From NCBI GenBank assembly GCA_963701095.1, contig OY969564.1, positions 1,792,001 to 1,856,000 of the forward strand: a stretch of 64,000 nt of DNA, read 5' to 3'. This document shows, piece after piece, positions 41,290 to 51,813 of the stretch. Position 1 is the first letter of the stretch. Each line of letters opens with the position of its first letter. The notes beneath the pieces are model-generated. The model was not told the origin of the DNA. It made no database searches and saw only the letters and a program-made list of their open reading frames with translations. Source of the stretch: an uncultured Methanoregulaceae archaeon. GTDB lineage: Archaea; Halobacteriota; Methanomicrobia; Methanomicrobiales; Methanospirillaceae. The position numbers and the translations under genes were made by a program.

Positions 41290-42504
41290 ATGCCTATTGG
41301 TACCCTCCGGGATCTGGAGTGTAGCGGAAAGACAGTACTACTCCGTCTGGATTTAAACTCCCCTATTGATCCCAACTCCCATCTTATTCTTGATGATAAA
41401 CGATTCAGGGAGCACCTGCCGACAGTTCGTGCTCTTTCAGATTGTCGGGTAGTGATCGTTACCCACCAAAGCCGGCCGGGAAAGAAAGATTTTACCACGC
41501 TTGAAGCCCATGCGGGAAAACTGGAAGATCTTCTGGGAACGCCGGTTACCTACATTGACAGCGTGTTTGGCCGGCATGCAAAAGATGCGGTGAATGCTTC
41601 AAAGCCCGGCGATATCCTGATGCTTGAGAACGTTCGGTTTGCAGCAGAAGAAAACCTCACGATGAAACCGGATGAAGCAAAAAAGACGCATCTTGTGAAA
41701 AAGCTCTCCTCTATGGCTGATTTTTTCGTCAATGATGCATTCGGGACTGCCCACCGGTCCCAACCGACGGTCGTAGGGCTTCCTCTTGCTATGAAATCAG
41801 CTGCTGGTCTCCTCATGGAAAAGGAGGTCGCCACGCTCTCGAAAGTTTTTACCGGTGCCCCACGCCCGGTCTGCATGGTCCTCGGAGGTACCAAAGTTGA
41901 TGATTCAATAGAAGTTGCCGCCCACGTACTCGAAAACGGTATTGCGGATAGTGTAATCGTGATAGGCGTGGTTGCAAATGTCTTCTATCTCGCAGCCGGG
42001 TACGATATAGGTAAACCCTCAACCCAGCTTATCGAGCAGCTCAAGTATTCTGCCGAGATCAAAAAGGCACAGGATATCCTGGCAAAGTTTAGTGACCGGG
42101 TAATCCTGCCTTTTTCGGTTGCTGTGCGGCAGAACGGCAAGCGGGCAGAATATCCCATCGACAAGATCCCTGCAGACGCCCCGGTTATGGATCTTGGAAT
42201 GGATTCACTTGCCCGGCTCGTTTCGACCCTTAAAAAGTCAGGAACCGTTGTCTTTAATGGTCCTGCCGGTGTGTTCGAGGACCCGGATTTTGCCACGGGA
42301 ACCTTCGAATTACTTCGTGCTGCGGCAAAGGTCGAATTCTCGGTTGTCGGTGGAGGACACACTGCGGCCGTGATTGAGAAACTTGGAATAACTAACGATT
42401 TCACGCACATCTCTACCGGTGGCGGGGCCTGTATTGAGTTTTTAACCGGAAAGAAACTTCCGGCCGTAGAAGCCCTTGAAGAGTCCTACAAGATCTTCGG
42501 GTGA
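41290..42504 (+). CDS. pgk: Phosphoglycerate kinase
   Basis: RLDLNSP, LENVRF, NDAFGTAHR, NGPAGVFE, HISTGGGA. Confidence 0.97.
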   Translation: MPIGTLRDLECSGKTVLLRLDLNSPIDPNSHLILDDKRFREHLPTVRALSDCRVVIVTHQSRPGKKDFTTLEAHAGKLEDLLGTPVTYIDSVFGRHAKDAVNASKPGDILMLENVRFAAEENLTMKPDEAKKTHLVKKLSSMADFFVNDAFGTAHRSQPTVVGLPLAMKSAAGLLMEKEVATLSKVFTGAPRPVCMVLGGTKVDDSIEVAAHVLENGIADSVIVIGVVANVFYLAAGYDIGKPSTQLIEQLKYSAEIKKAQDILAKFSDRVILPFSVAVRQNGKRAEYPIDKIPADAPVMDLGMDSLARLVSTLKKSGTVVFNGPAGVFEDPDFATGTFELLRAAAKVEFSVVGGGHTAAVIEKLGITNDFTHISTGGGACIEFLTGKKLPAVEALEESYKIFG

Positions 42505-42565
42505 GCGTCCCTCATCTCCCTTTTTACATCCGATGGTCCCGCAAGGAATGCGGGTTAAAAAAAGT

Positions 42566-43057
42566 TCAGGAATGCCTGAGCAGGATATCGATCGCAGTAG
42601 GTGATATTCGCCGTGCTGGCTTAGCTTTGGCAATAACCGGCGAAGGTACCTTCATACCCGTAGTCTTTTCCAGCTGGACACGTGCAGTCTCGATGGCAGC
42701 CTCCCGTTCGATGGAAAGAATAGCCTCCTGTCTTCTTTTAAGGGCACAGAGTACGGCAAAAGAGAAAGCAAGTGCAGTGAACAGGAAAAGGAAGGTGGCA
42801 AAGATCATAGTGATTCCTGATATCATCAATAGCCTATCCTGCTGCAGGACTGCCCAAAATCCAAGAAGGAAAAGAATCCAGAATATGACCACAGCCAGCC
42901 GGGTAGATTGGATGGGACTGGAAAGGCTGCGGATACGCTCATCTTCATATTCAGTAGGACACCGGTCAATTATTTTTCCCAACGCCAGGAGAGCACCACT
43001 GCAGGGAACAGAGAATACCCCAGCGATTCCAAGAATAAAAAGGAAAATGTCGTTCAC
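42566..43057 (-). CDS. Hypothetical membrane protein
   Basis: Three hydrophobic segments; GAGGTG RBS upstream of the GTG start. Confidence 0.6.
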   Translation of the reverse strand: MNDIFLFILGIAGVFSVPCSGALLALGKIIDRCPTEYEDERIRSLSSPIQSTRLAVVIFWILFLLGFWAVLQQDRLLMISGITMIFATFLFLFTALAFSFAVLCALKRRQEAILSIEREAAIETARVQLEKTTGMKVPSPVIAKAKPARRISPTAIDILLRHS

Positions 43058-43203
43058 GACTTCACCTCGTTCTAATCTCCTATTACCGGCCGCGCTATAA
43101 ATAGTATTCCATAAGTATTACATAAAGAATAATTTGGAAAAACGGTATTACAAAAAAGGGTTAGAACAGTCTATTTATAGTATTCTGGCTCATTTAGTAG
43201 AGA

Positions 43204-43518
43204 ATGGTCGAGAAGGTACCGTTAAACCGGGGCGAAAGAGTTGCAATCTCCTATAAAATGCCCCCCAATATCTACGATAAGGTCAATAAGCTCGTTTATG
43301 AGGAAAAGAAGTTCTCCACGGTCTCGGATTGTATCACGCAAGCTTTATTATCTTTCGTCGATAATCACCACGATATGGGGCAGTTCAAGGAACTGCTTAA
43401 GGATTATATGTCCTCTGATGAAGGTCGCGAACTTATGAAAAATATGATGAAAGAAGTATTGCTGGACGTTCTTTCGACCCAGAAACTGAACCCAAACGAA
43501 CGCAAAGGTAATCCTTAA
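43204..43518 (+). CDS. Ribbon-helix-helix (CopG-like) DNA-binding protein
   Basis: RVAISYKMP...KVNKLV...F.TVSD.I..AL pattern. Confidence 0.7.
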   Translation: MVEKVPLNRGERVAISYKMPPNIYDKVNKLVYEEKKFSTVSDCITQALLSFVDNHHDMGQFKELLKDYMSSDEGRELMKNMMKEVLLDVLSTQKLNPNERKGNP

Positions 43519-43604
43519 GTATCCTTTATCTATTAATCCCCGTAATAGTCCGCGAGCCCGGCGTCCGGCTCGTTGAACATCCTGTTTTGCAAAGGAGACC
43601 CTGA

Positions 43605-44084
43605 ATGCAGGTTCGTATAATTGCTGTAGGAAAGATCAAAGAGCGGTACCTTTCTGACGCTATTGCCGAGTACGAAAAGCGACTTATTCCTTACCTGAAC
43701 TTATCTATCCTCGAAATTCCTGAGGAGAAACGCGGTGTCCACCTTTCTGGAGGCAAGGAACACATCATTAAAAATCGTGAAGGCGACCGGATTCTCTCTG
43801 CTATACCAGACGGATCGCACATAATTGCTCTCGATATCAACGGAAAACAAATGTCAAGTGAGGTATTTGCTGCCCGGATCAAGGAATTGCAGTTTGCTGG
43901 GACAAGATCGATTGTCGTTGTTATAGGGGGAGATCTTGGTCTCTCCGATGATGTGCTCGGCCGGGCCTCTCTTCGCCTCTCATTCTCACCCATGACCTTT
44001 ACGCACCAGATGGTGCGGCTGATACTTCTTGAACAGATCTACCGGGCTTGTAAGATTAACAGTAACGAACCATACCATAAATAA
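43605..44084 (+). CDS. rlmH: 23S rRNA pseudouridine(1915)-N3 methyltransferase RlmH
   Basis: AVGKIKE, IGG..GL, LSFS.MTF.HQ..RLILLEQIYRA..I...EPYHK. Confidence 0.95.
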   Translation: MQVRIIAVGKIKERYLSDAIAEYEKRLIPYLNLSILEIPEEKRGVHLSGGKEHIIKNREGDRILSAIPDGSHIIALDINGKQMSSEVFAARIKELQFAGTRSIVVVIGGDLGLSDDVLGRASLRLSFSPMTFTHQMVRLILLEQIYRACKINSNEPYHK

Positions 44085-44125
44085 ATCTTGCAGGAAATCG
44101 CGTGCATGGTTGTCACAAAAAAGAA

Positions 44126-45664
44126 TTACTTTTTTTCCGTTATTTTGGATTGAGACGAGATAATCTCGTCTTCCCCTTCAGCCTGAATACTTTTCATCGA
44201 TGGGAAAAGGATCACTTCTTTGATGGAGTTGTTGCCGGTAAGTAACATTACGAGCCGGTCAATACCAATGCCTACTCCTCCGGTTGGTGGCATACCATAT
44301 CCGAGAGCGTTGATAAAGTCATAATCAATCATCTGGGCTTCAAGATCGCCAAGCTGCCGCTTTTTATCCTGGGCCTCGAATCGCTCCTTCTGATCAAGTG
44401 GATCGTTGAGCTCAGAGAAACCATTTGCAATCTCCATTCCATAAATGAAGAGTTCAAAGCGTTCTGTGAAACCCTCCCTCTCCCTATGGCGTTTTGCAAG
44501 AGGTGAGTTCTCGATCGGGAAATCAAAGATGAAGGTTGGTTGGACGAGCTTCTCTTCGACTATGTTCTCAAAGAAATAAACGAGGAACTCTCGATGCGTC
44601 TGGGGTTTTTCTGCCTCCTTGAGCCGGTTTTCCTGTGCAATGGTCCGGAGTTCTTGAATTGAATGGTTAAAGATGTCTATTCCCGCGTATTCTTTAACTG
44701 CATCTGCCATAGAGAGCCTCCGAAGCGGTTTATTAAAAGAAATCGTGGTGCCTTCAAACGGAATCTCATGCTTTCCATGAACTTCCTGCACGAGAGTTGC
44801 GAGGAAGTCCTCAGTGAGATCCATCATATCGTAGACATCATGGTATGCCCAATAGATTTCAACCATCGTGAATTCGGGGTTATGGTGTGTATCGATGTCT
44901 TCATTCCTGAAGTTACGGGCTATTTCAAAGACACGTTCGAACCCTCCGACAATAAGGCGCTTGAGATAGAGCTCCGGTGCGATCCTCAGGAAAAGTTTTT
45001 GTCCGAGGCAGTTATGGAACGTGGTAAAAGGTCGTGCGTTTGCTCCCCCATATACCGGCTGGAGAATGGGTGTTTCGAATTCAAGGAAATCCCGTTCAGT
45101 AAGATACCTCCTGATCGATGAGAGGATCCGGCTCCGCTTCCGGAATCCCTGCCGGGAGTCTTCGTTTACGATCAGGTCAACATATCGTTGCCGGTACCGT
45201 TTTTCCACATCGGTGAGCCCATGAAATTTCTCGGGAAGCGAACAGACGGCTTTCGAGAGGAGCGTGACTTTGTCCACCCAGATCGTAATTTCACCGAGTT
45301 TGGTCCGGAAAACATGCCCGGATACACCAATAAAGTCTCCCCTTTCGATGAATTGGTTGAAAAATTCAAATGTCTCATCCCCGAGATCCGCCTTTCGGAT
45401 GTAAAGCTGGATTTTGTCGTTCTCATCCCCGAGATCGGCAAAGATTGTTTTGCCATGATTGCGGATAATATAAAGACGCCCGGCTGTCGAAACACTTTCC
45501 TCACTTTTATCATGGGTGATTTCCGCAAACGTTCTCCTTATTTCTGCTATTGTGTCCTTCCGGTCGAATGTGGGAGGATAGAGGTCAATACCTTTTTTCC
45601 GTAGTGCATGTACTTTATCGAGCCGGGTCTGGTCGAACGAAAGACTTTCAGAAGGATCAGTCAT
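44126..45664 (-). CDS. lysS: Lysine--tRNA ligase, class II
   Basis: YRQRYVDL, GGANARPF, LRIAPELYLKRL, FRNE..D..HNPEF, GMPPTGG.GIGIDRL. Confidence 0.97.
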   Translation of the reverse strand: MTDPSESLSFDQTRLDKVHALRKKGIDLYPPTFDRKDTIAEIRRTFAEITHDKSEESVSTAGRLYIIRNHGKTIFADLGDENDKIQLYIRKADLGDETFEFFNQFIERGDFIGVSGHVFRTKLGEITIWVDKVTLLSKAVCSLPEKFHGLTDVEKRYRQRYVDLIVNEDSRQGFRKRSRILSSIRRYLTERDFLEFETPILQPVYGGANARPFTTFHNCLGQKLFLRIAPELYLKRLIVGGFERVFEIARNFRNEDIDTHHNPEFTMVEIYWAYHDVYDMMDLTEDFLATLVQEVHGKHEIPFEGTTISFNKPLRRLSMADAVKEYAGIDIFNHSIQELRTIAQENRLKEAEKPQTHREFLVYFFENIVEEKLVQPTFIFDFPIENSPLAKRHREREGFTERFELFIYGMEIANGFSELNDPLDQKERFEAQDKKRQLGDLEAQMIDYDFINALGYGMPPTGGVGIGIDRLVMLLTGNNSIKEVILFPSMKSIQAEGEDEIISSQSKITEKK

Positions 45665-45813
45665 CAGGAAGCTCCCAAGCGGGGATATACCACATACCTT
45701 CGATGTCTAGCGTAATAATACCTACAGAGGCGACCGTTCACGTCGATAGGATTCGAAAAACAAGGTTCGGAAAAGATCAACTTCCCGGTAATGGGGGGGA
45801 GCAGTCTGTCGAC

Positions 45814-47160
45814 TTAAGGTCGATTGTGTTTCCTGAAAAATTCTGATGAGTACTTCGCAAGACCATATATCCCGTCTGTTGAGGGATGGACTTCAATAAA
45901 ATCCTCGAAATCATGCACGGAGATGTTCCGCTGCATGAGAAAAGCGAGGTAACCGGCGATAATTCCACCCGAAGGGCCTGCTGCACAAATCCCGGAAATC
46001 TCCCCGGATACTGGATCTGCAAAAATTTTTGCGAGACCGGTATCGTTGTACGGAACCGACCAGTAGGTTCCCGGCCCTGCCGGACCAGGGATAGCAAGAG
46101 ATGCGCTTTTCGAATCTCCACATCCGCAGTATGCCAGCTCATGTCCAAGATAGATTGCCTGGGGGATACGGGAATAATCCATGTGCCGTTCTTTGCCAAG
46201 GATATTATCTGCGGCAACGATTCCCTGATGCCTGGCGACAGGTGTCAGGAACGGTGCACCGGTTACATCTCCGCAGGCATAGATGCCGGGCACGTTTGTC
46301 TGCATACGGTCGTTAACAACGATTTCGCCACAAGGCCCTTTCTCAATTCCGCTTGCCATCCCGGCGTTCGGGATAAGGCCGGTTGCAAGTAACACATTAT
46401 CACATAGGATTTCCGCCTCCTTTCCCTCTATATCATACCGAACGCCTTTAACCCGGGTAGTCCCGGTAATGCTGGTTACCCCAACTCCTTCTTGGATATC
46501 AACACCTGCCAATTCTTTGAAGGCTATGGCCCGGAGATGCCGGTCGAGTTTTTTCAGAAAACCGCTGCGGGAAAAGATCGTAACCTTGCATCCGAACGAC
46601 GAAAAAATATATGCGAACTCCGCTGCTATCACACCCCCGCCGATAATCACCAAATTTTTTGGAAGATCACGGAGATCCCAAAGAGAATGCGGTGTCAAGA
46701 CGCCGGGAATGGTTACTCCCGGGATGTCCGGAATGTAAGGTCGGGACCCGGTTGCGATGATCGTTGCCTCTGATTCGACCGGATCCTCACCTATAAATAC
46801 CTGAGCCCCGTTGACTTTTCCCGGTAAACTGTAAACAACGTTCACTCCAGCGTTTCTGGTCTCTTCATCAAGAATTCCGGCAATCTTTTGTTGAACGGTA
46901 AGTGTTTCGTCCATCACCCTTGAAAAATTAAGTACCGGGATCGCATCTGTCACACCAGACTCGTGGAATCTGCGGGTAGTATTGAGGATACGGGCAATAT
47001 CATTCAGAGCACATACCGGCATACAGCCAAAATGGAGGCACTGCCCGCCGATCCCGCGCATTTTTCCTTTGGGTTCGACGAGCGTCACATTTTTTCCTGC
47101 CGTGGCAAGCCGGATTGAGGCTATGCGCCCGGCAGGTCCCCCTCCTAGAACAACGATCAT
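45814..47160 (-). CDS. FAD-dependent pyridine nucleotide-disulfide oxidoreductase (dihydrolipoamide dehydrogenase family)
   Basis: GGGPAG, GGQCLHFGC redox disulfide, IGGGVIAAE, IYACGD, C-terminal HPS. Confidence 0.88.
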   Translation of the reverse strand: MIVVLGGGPAGRIASIRLATAGKNVTLVEPKGKMRGIGGQCLHFGCMPVCALNDIARILNTTRRFHESGVTDAIPVLNFSRVMDETLTVQQKIAGILDEETRNAGVNVVYSLPGKVNGAQVFIGEDPVESEATIIATGSRPYIPDIPGVTIPGVLTPHSLWDLRDLPKNLVIIGGGVIAAEFAYIFSSFGCKVTIFSRSGFLKKLDRHLRAIAFKELAGVDIQEGVGVTSITGTTRVKGVRYDIEGKEAEILCDNVLLATGLIPNAGMASGIEKGPCGEIVVNDRMQTNVPGIYACGDVTGAPFLTPVARHQGIVAADNILGKERHMDYSRIPQAIYLGHELAYCGCGDSKSASLAIPGPAGPGTYWSVPYNDTGLAKIFADPVSGEISGICAAGPSGGIIAGYLAFLMQRNISVHDFEDFIEVHPSTDGIYGLAKYSSEFFRKHNRP

Positions 47161-47172
47161 ACAGGTACTTTT

Positions 47173-48147
47173 TTAGAAGACTTCGACACCTTCATCCATT
47201 GGTTCGGACAGAAGTTCCCCGGTGAAGGCGTTGACTTCGACAATCTTCTTTCCCCGGATCTGCCAGACCGGGATATAAACCTGCTTGGTATCGACTGATA
47301 TATTCTTGCGATCAGGTTTGAGGGTTTTTTCCTCGTAAAAAATAGCATCACCCTTTTCCTGTTTGATCCGGACTTTCTGGGTGAGCCTTTCAATAAGCTC
47401 GGTTACCATCCTTTCTGTCAGCTTCCTCTTTGGTGATGTGCGCGTCAGATACTTCAGCGTTTGCCGGGATCTCCGAATCTTCGACTTTTGTCCCGTCAAG
47501 GTCTATTTTGATACCATTTATCGCGTTGATTGCGCCCCATCCGTCGGCATCGAAGGGTATGCGCCTGTCCTTATACACCTGCTCCCCTGAGCTGACGTAA
47601 TGGATCAGGTAGTAGGGAATGAACCGGAGTTTTGCCGCCCCCTGAATACCTGCAGTTCTGATGGCGGCCTGCTCGGAGAGCTTGACCGGGAAATGCAGGA
47701 TCGAAATTCCAGAAGGCTCATCTTCAGCAGGTGTGGCTTGTGCCCCAGACCCCGGGTACTAGCAGCCTTTTTTGCCTTTGCTTTACCCGGCGTAAGGTCG
47801 AGTGTAAGTTCACGCGCAACAATATCTGCAAGCACTGCCTCTCCGGCGTACTGGACAAACTCGTCAATGCCCCACTGGGTGCAGTTTTCAGTCACAATAT
47901 CCTTTTCAAGAGTAAAGAGGAGTTTTTTGCACGTCAACTCATGGTCGTCAACCATGAGGCTGTAATTGGTCTTGTCAAACTGCCCGATAAGCTCAGGATC
48001 GTTTGAACAGAGCACAAGAAGGCATTCACCGTCACGGACGGCAGAAAGATCCAGAGGTTCATCGACCTCTTCAACCTCAAAACGCGCAGCTTCAAGAATG
48101 AGCCTCATCGCATTCCTGGCTTTTTCCCGCATATCGTGTTCCATCAT
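47173..48147 (-). CDS. Conserved hypothetical protein (split across several frames)
   Basis: ORFs 47605-48147, 47390-47578 and 47173-47499 are contiguous; repeated F/Y-I-P-x-W...INA motifs. Confidence 0.6.
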
Positions 48148-48207
48148 ATAGAGATTTCCGTGGGCTTATAGAACAATTTTTCTATTGCAATCGCCGAGAT
48201 CACTATA

Positions 48208-48954
48208 ATGACCCGGCCGCTCAAATTTGTCGATCAGAGTATTGACGATTACGCGATGCAAGTAACCTATGATCCCACCAAGGGAACCGGGAAGGTAGTT
48301 TATAATCTCTCTCTTGTGAAAAATGAGGATTTTGAGTATGCCGTTTCGATCCTGAAAGATGCCTATAAGACCGGTGTTTCTGTCAGTGGCCTTGTCAAAT
48401 TCTGCCCATCTGGAGAAACTGTTGCAGGGTATGTTGTTCCTGATGGTAACACAGCCATATGCACCATCTGCAGCATCACCTTCGATGGGCTTTTGATAAA
48501 GCGGGGTGTGCCGATCACACCTATAGGTGGTGGGGTAGTTGAGATCGAGAACCGTGCCCCGCTTAGATTCACGCATATTATCCTTTACGAGCACACTACT
48601 ATCGATCCACTGCAGGTGCTAATCTCCCAGCAGATCACGTCAGTAAACGATGTTATGCGGAAGGGAAGTGGAAACATCCTTGCAAATATTCGTGAATTCC
48701 ATATGGAGGCAGAGCCTTTAGTGGGAAGTGTTCTCGATGAGCTCGCAGACAGTAGTTTCTCCGGGATTCTTGAAGTGGGTGTGCCAAACATTCCACTCCT
48801 TGGTGTCCAAGGGAGCCCGCAGTACGTGTCTATTGTCGCTGTCGGCGGCACAAATCCAATGGCGGCAATCCGTGAGGGCGGACGATGGGTCCAGACTCAG
48901 GCCATGAAAGGCCTAATGGATGTCCGGGAATTTGTCGAGATCCGGGACTATTAA
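48208..48954 (+). CDS. DUF128/NrpR-domain protein lacking the HTH (NrpRII-like)
   Basis: G.V.YN, ICTICSITFDG.L, GGG.VE, F...I.Y..T.IDPL, GSG.ILAN.RE, GG.NP.AA..E. Confidence 0.85.
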   Translation: MTRPLKFVDQSIDDYAMQVTYDPTKGTGKVVYNLSLVKNEDFEYAVSILKDAYKTGVSVSGLVKFCPSGETVAGYVVPDGNTAICTICSITFDGLLIKRGVPITPIGGGVVEIENRAPLRFTHIILYEHTTIDPLQVLISQQITSVNDVMRKGSGNILANIREFHMEAEPLVGSVLDELADSSFSGILEVGVPNIPLLGVQGSPQYVSIVAVGGTNPMAAIREGGRWVQTQAMKGLMDVREFVEIRDY

Positions 48955-49070
48955 TATCATGGTTTCGTGCTACTACTCAATATGAGTCCTTCAGTCGTCC
49001 TGTAACGACTCACATCGCTTTATATGATACCGTAGAAATGTGTAACAATAACAACCACGTGTGATTCCAG

Positions 49071-50365
49071 ATGAGATATTATACTATAGTTATTCCCCTG
49101 ATTCTCGCTGCTTTATTCTGCAGCATTCCAGCCTATGCCCAGGAAAAATACTTGGGAGGTTCCCCCCAGATAACTGCCTATATTGCCGGAACAAATGAAT
49201 TCTATCCCGGGCAGGATGCCACGATCACCGTTGATATCCAGAACAGCGGCACAAGCCAGGTCCTCTACACCAACCAGGGTACCCTGCCCCAGGCGGATCT
49301 ACCAACAACGGCGAAGTTTGTCATCGTAGGACTTTCCGGGGAAGGAACACCAATCAATATAACAACTAACGCCCAGAACTTGGCCGACATCCCAAGCCCC
49401 GGGATAACAAGCGCGAGTTTTTCAGTAAAAATAACGTCTGACGCGACGCTCGGTCAGTATACCCTTCCCTTGGTTGTTCGGTATTCGTATCTATCGAACA
49501 GCCTGAACAACCAGCCGACAAGTGATCAGGTCCAGTCAGTTTATACTCCGGTAAATTTGACGATTCCTCTCACGGTTATGATAAAACCTGTCGTCAAAAT
49601 AGACGTGCTCGCAGCTGAGGGATCGGGTCTCGCCGTGGGAACAGAAGGGTACATCAACCTGACCATTGAAAATGCAGGTTATGAGGATGGAACCCGGGCT
49701 ACCGTTAAAATCCTGCAAAACGGTGATAGCGCTATTATTCCGACTGATAACAGTGTCTATGTAGGGGATTTTCCACGTGGAGGGACGGTTACCTGCCAGT
49801 ACAAAGTATCTGTCTCTGCAGCGGCGCAGCAGCAGACGTACCCGATCGATGTGGAAGTGACTTACACTAATTCGGAAGGGAATACCGTAACTTCTGCAGT
49901 TGATACAGTAGGTGTGCCTGTTGCAAACAAACTTAGCTTTATCGTCACTTCACCTCCGGCTGTCATAACACAGGGATCGAGCAGTGTCATCTCCGTGGAA
50001 TATCAGAATACAGGATCCATCACTGCAAATAACGCAGAAGCACGACTTTCAACGTATGGGCCACTCTCAAGCTCAGATACACTTGCGTATCTGGGAGACA
50101 TCCCTCCCGGGGGAAAGCCACAGCTCGTTATGCCATCAGCGTCGCAAGCGGGGCAACGCCTGGGATCTATCCTCTTGATACTGAAGTCAGGTACCGCGAT
50201 GAACTCGATAACAGCCAGGTTTCTGATACTTTCACCGCAGATGTGCAAGTAAATTCTCAGCCGGCGACATCAGCCCTTATCCAGATGCTGGAGGTTATCG
50301 TAGCAGCGGTAGTAATCCTTTGTGCTATTGGATACTACGTGTTTATAGTGAGGAAAAAGAAGTGA
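49071..50365 (+). CDS. COG1361-type S-layer/Ig-like surface protein with C-terminal TM anchor (frameshift in the G run near 50110)
   Basis: Signal peptide, repeated I.N.G...A...GD..G motifs; the continuation ends VIVAAVVILCAIGYYVFIVRKKK*. Confidence 0.8.
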
Positions 50366-51075
50366 GGGGTTGGTGGAAGGGGGCGCTTCCAGCGCCAGCA
50401 ATACGAACAATCCGTGACATGAAGATTGTTCTTGCAAATCCTGAATGTGATGTATCTGATCCCCTCTACTATATGTATCGTGATCTTGCACTATCAGCCG
50501 CAGACCGGTGCTGGCTTGAAAAAGAACATCTCCGTTACGATGTCACGGTTATTCCTCCTCAGGATATCTGTGGTGAATATGTCAAGACCAAGGGGCATTA
50601 CCATCCCTGCAGCCCAAAGGGTATGGGCTATCCCGAACTATATGAAGTTATAGAAGGACAGGCGCAGTTCCTCCTGCAATCACACACTCTTAATGATGCT
50701 ATTCTTGTTATTGCCGGGACAGGCACCAGGGTGATCATCCCGCCGGGTTACGGTCATATCTCTATAAATCCCTCAAACGACTCCATGCTTGCTCTTTCGA
50801 ACCTGGTATCAACGGCGTTTGAAAGTGAGTACGGTGAGTATGAATCCAGGCATGGGGCGGTCTATTTTATAATGAATGATGGCCGGATTGTCAGGAACCG
50901 TAATTACCCGAATGTTCCCCCGTTGCGACGAATTATCGTTGTCAGGGGGAAAGATACCGCCGGCCGATCTTATACGGGGCAGATCTATTCCCTGATCGGC
51001 GATCGAAAGGCCCTTGCGTTTCTTAATGAACCGGAAAAATATCCTGATGTTTTTAGGGGACTGTTAAAAGGTTAG
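50362..51075 (+). CDS. pgi: Cupin-type glucose-6-phosphate isomerase
   Basis: LYYMYRD, LRYDVT, KTKGHYH, YPELYEV..G, IPPGYGH..IN. Confidence 0.85.
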   Translation: MRGWWKGALPAPAIRTIRDMKIVLANPECDVSDPLYYMYRDLALSAADRCWLEKEHLRYDVTVIPPQDICGEYVKTKGHYHPCSPKGMGYPELYEVIEGQAQFLLQSHTLNDAILVIAGTGTRVIIPPGYGHISINPSNDSMLALSNLVSTAFESEYGEYESRHGAVYFIMNDGRIVRNRNYPNVPPLRRIIVVRGKDTAGRSYTGQIYSLIGDRKALAFLNEPEKYPDVFRGLLKG

Positions 51076-51799
51076 GTGCAGGAAGGCGCTTATGGGCATT
51101 TTTCTGTGCCCTTGACAGAACTTTTTCTTCTACCAGCGATCCAGCTTTCCAACCATTTACTTCAAGGTTTTTAAGCGCCAGATCGATATCAGCATAGGAA
51201 AGACCGATCTCACCTTCATCGCTCTGGCCGGTCCAGAGACCGGCTGAAGGTGCTTTAGTAAGGATTGACTCTGGTATTTTCATCTCTTTTGCCATTTCGT
51301 AGACGTCAGATTTATACAGATGTACGATAGGCTGGAGATCTGCCGCATTGTCACCGTATTTCGTGCAGTAACCAAGCATAAACTCGCTACGGTTTGAAGT
51401 ACCGCACACGAGCCGGTGATCCCGGTTGGCATGATAGTATAGTATAGTCATCCGGATTCGTGCCATAAGGTTCCCGAGAAGGAATGGTGATTCCACGAAT
51501 CCCGGGATAGTGGAAAAGGCTGCAAGCATGGGATCGATACTTACGACCCGGTGCTCCATACCAAGGGTAGCACAAAGATCTGCTGCATCGTTAAGGTCAT
51601 GAGGGTTGCTCACGGATGCCGGAAGGGATATCCCAAGCACGTTGTCAACTCCTATCGCCCGGCAGCAGAAAGCTGCGGCCAGCGCTGAGTCTACGCCACC
51701 GGAGACACCGATGACTATCCCGTCACACCCACTGTTCCAGTAAGTGTACCGGATCATCTGTTCAACCTGACCCATCCTGCATCCAAGTTCCGCTGCCAT
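51053..51799 (-). CDS. nadE: NH3-dependent NAD+ synthetase
   Basis: GVSGGVDS, GNLMARIRM, GTSNRSE...GY.TKYGD, KAPSAGLW.GQSDE. Confidence 0.95.
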   Translation of the reverse strand: MAAELGCRMGQVEQMIRYTYWNSGCDGIVIGVSGGVDSALAAAFCCRAIGVDNVLGISLPASVSNPHDLNDAADLCATLGMEHRVVSIDPMLAAFSTIPGFVESPFLLGNLMARIRMTILYYHANRDHRLVCGTSNRSEFMLGYCTKYGDNAADLQPIVHLYKSDVYEMAKEMKIPESILTKAPSAGLWTGQSDEGEIGLSYADIDLALKNLEVNGWKAGSLVEEKVLSRAQKNAHKRLPAPNLLTVP

Positions 51800-51813
51800 C
51801 GCTTTTTCCTTTA

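Noticed and set aside
42501..43100. 199-aa plus-strand ORF after pgk
   Set aside because: Overlaps a minus-strand membrane-protein ORF that has a good RBS; composition looks like an antisense shadow.
45665..45813. Lysine riboswitch or T-box upstream of lysS
   Set aside because: Only short hairpins; I could not find the conserved motifs of either RNA.
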